Origin: Callorhinchus milii
Lineage: Eukaryota
Length of the DNA: 64,000 nucleotides
NCBI RefSeq assembly: GCF_018977255.1
Contig: NW_024704742.1
Coordinates: forward strand, 138,572,001-138,636,000
Reading direction: 5' to 3'
This document shows, one piece after another, positions 63,424-64,000 of the stretch (position 1 is its first letter; each line of letters starts with the position of its first letter). Position numbers and translations under genes: made by a program. The notes beneath the pieces are model-generated. The model made no database searches. It was not told the DNA's origin and worked only from the letters and a program-made list of their open reading frames with translations.

Positions 63424-64000
63424 AATCATAGCATCATAGAATCGCACAGCACAAAAAGAGGCCATTCGGCCCTTTGAATAGAGCAATGTAATGTCAATCC
63501 CACTCCCAGACTTTTCCCCATAACCTGCAAACCCGTCCTCCTCAAATACCCGTCCACCGCGTTTTTAAAAGTAGTTATCGAATCGGCCTCGACCGCCCTT
63601 TCAGGCAATGTTCCAGATTCGAACAACTCGCTGCGTGAAGAAATTTCTTCTCCCCTCCCCTCGGCTTCTTTTAGAGACTATTTTAAATCTGTGACCTCGA
63701 GTCACCGACACTCCCACCAGTGGGAACAGTTTTTCCCTTTCTAACCCATCAAATCCCCTCATGATTGTGAAGACCTCTATTAGGTCCTCGTAACCTTCTC
63801 TGTTCCAATGAGGATAATCCCGGCCTCTCCCGCCTTTCCTCATCATCACGGTCCCTCATTCCTGGTCCCATCCTCGTAAATCTCCTCTGTACCCTTTCCA
63901 ATGCCTTAACGTCCTTCCTATCGTGTGGGGCCCAGAACTGGGCGCAGTATTCTAACTGAGGCCTAACCAGTGTTTATATGGGTTAATCATAACCTCCTGA
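63424..64000 (-). mobile_element. CR1 3' part
   Basis: DLIEVF.IMRGFD...TRGHRFKI...FFTQRVV.IWN; CATAGAAT tail. Confidence 0.93.

Overview
This is vertebrate nuclear DNA, not prokaryotic. The repeat inventory points to a cartilaginous fish (inference): L2 and CR1 LINEs, tRNA-headed SINEs with a Deu-type body, Penelope-like ends and a 54-bp satellite. Most of the window is repeats, and almost all long ORFs in the track are LINE fragments or low-complexity artefacts. Two host genes are supported, both on the minus strand. (1) Coding exon 1 of an AMPK catalytic alpha subunit (51765-51669). It is slightly divergent, sits in a CpG island, and has an upstream 49-bp tandem array carrying about 11 CACGTG E-boxes. 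(2) A Siglec-15-like receptor about 18 kb downstream. It has a V-set exon with the sialic-acid-binding Arg and a C2-set/stalk/TM exon containing a coding 18-bp VNTR and a TM lysine. An in-frame TAA lies just before the donor, followed by a terminal exon with an ITIM-like motif and a polyA signal. I found no AMPK exon 2 in the 51 kb downstream, so the Siglec may be nested in AMPK intron 1, or the 25-N gap at 44513 may hide or misjoin sequence. Other items are a decayed Gypsy gag-protease, a Penelope-like end with a degenerate hammerhead ribozyme, head-to-head SINEs, and minisatellites derived from G-rich LINE segments. Everything was read by eye, so repeat boundaries are approximate.
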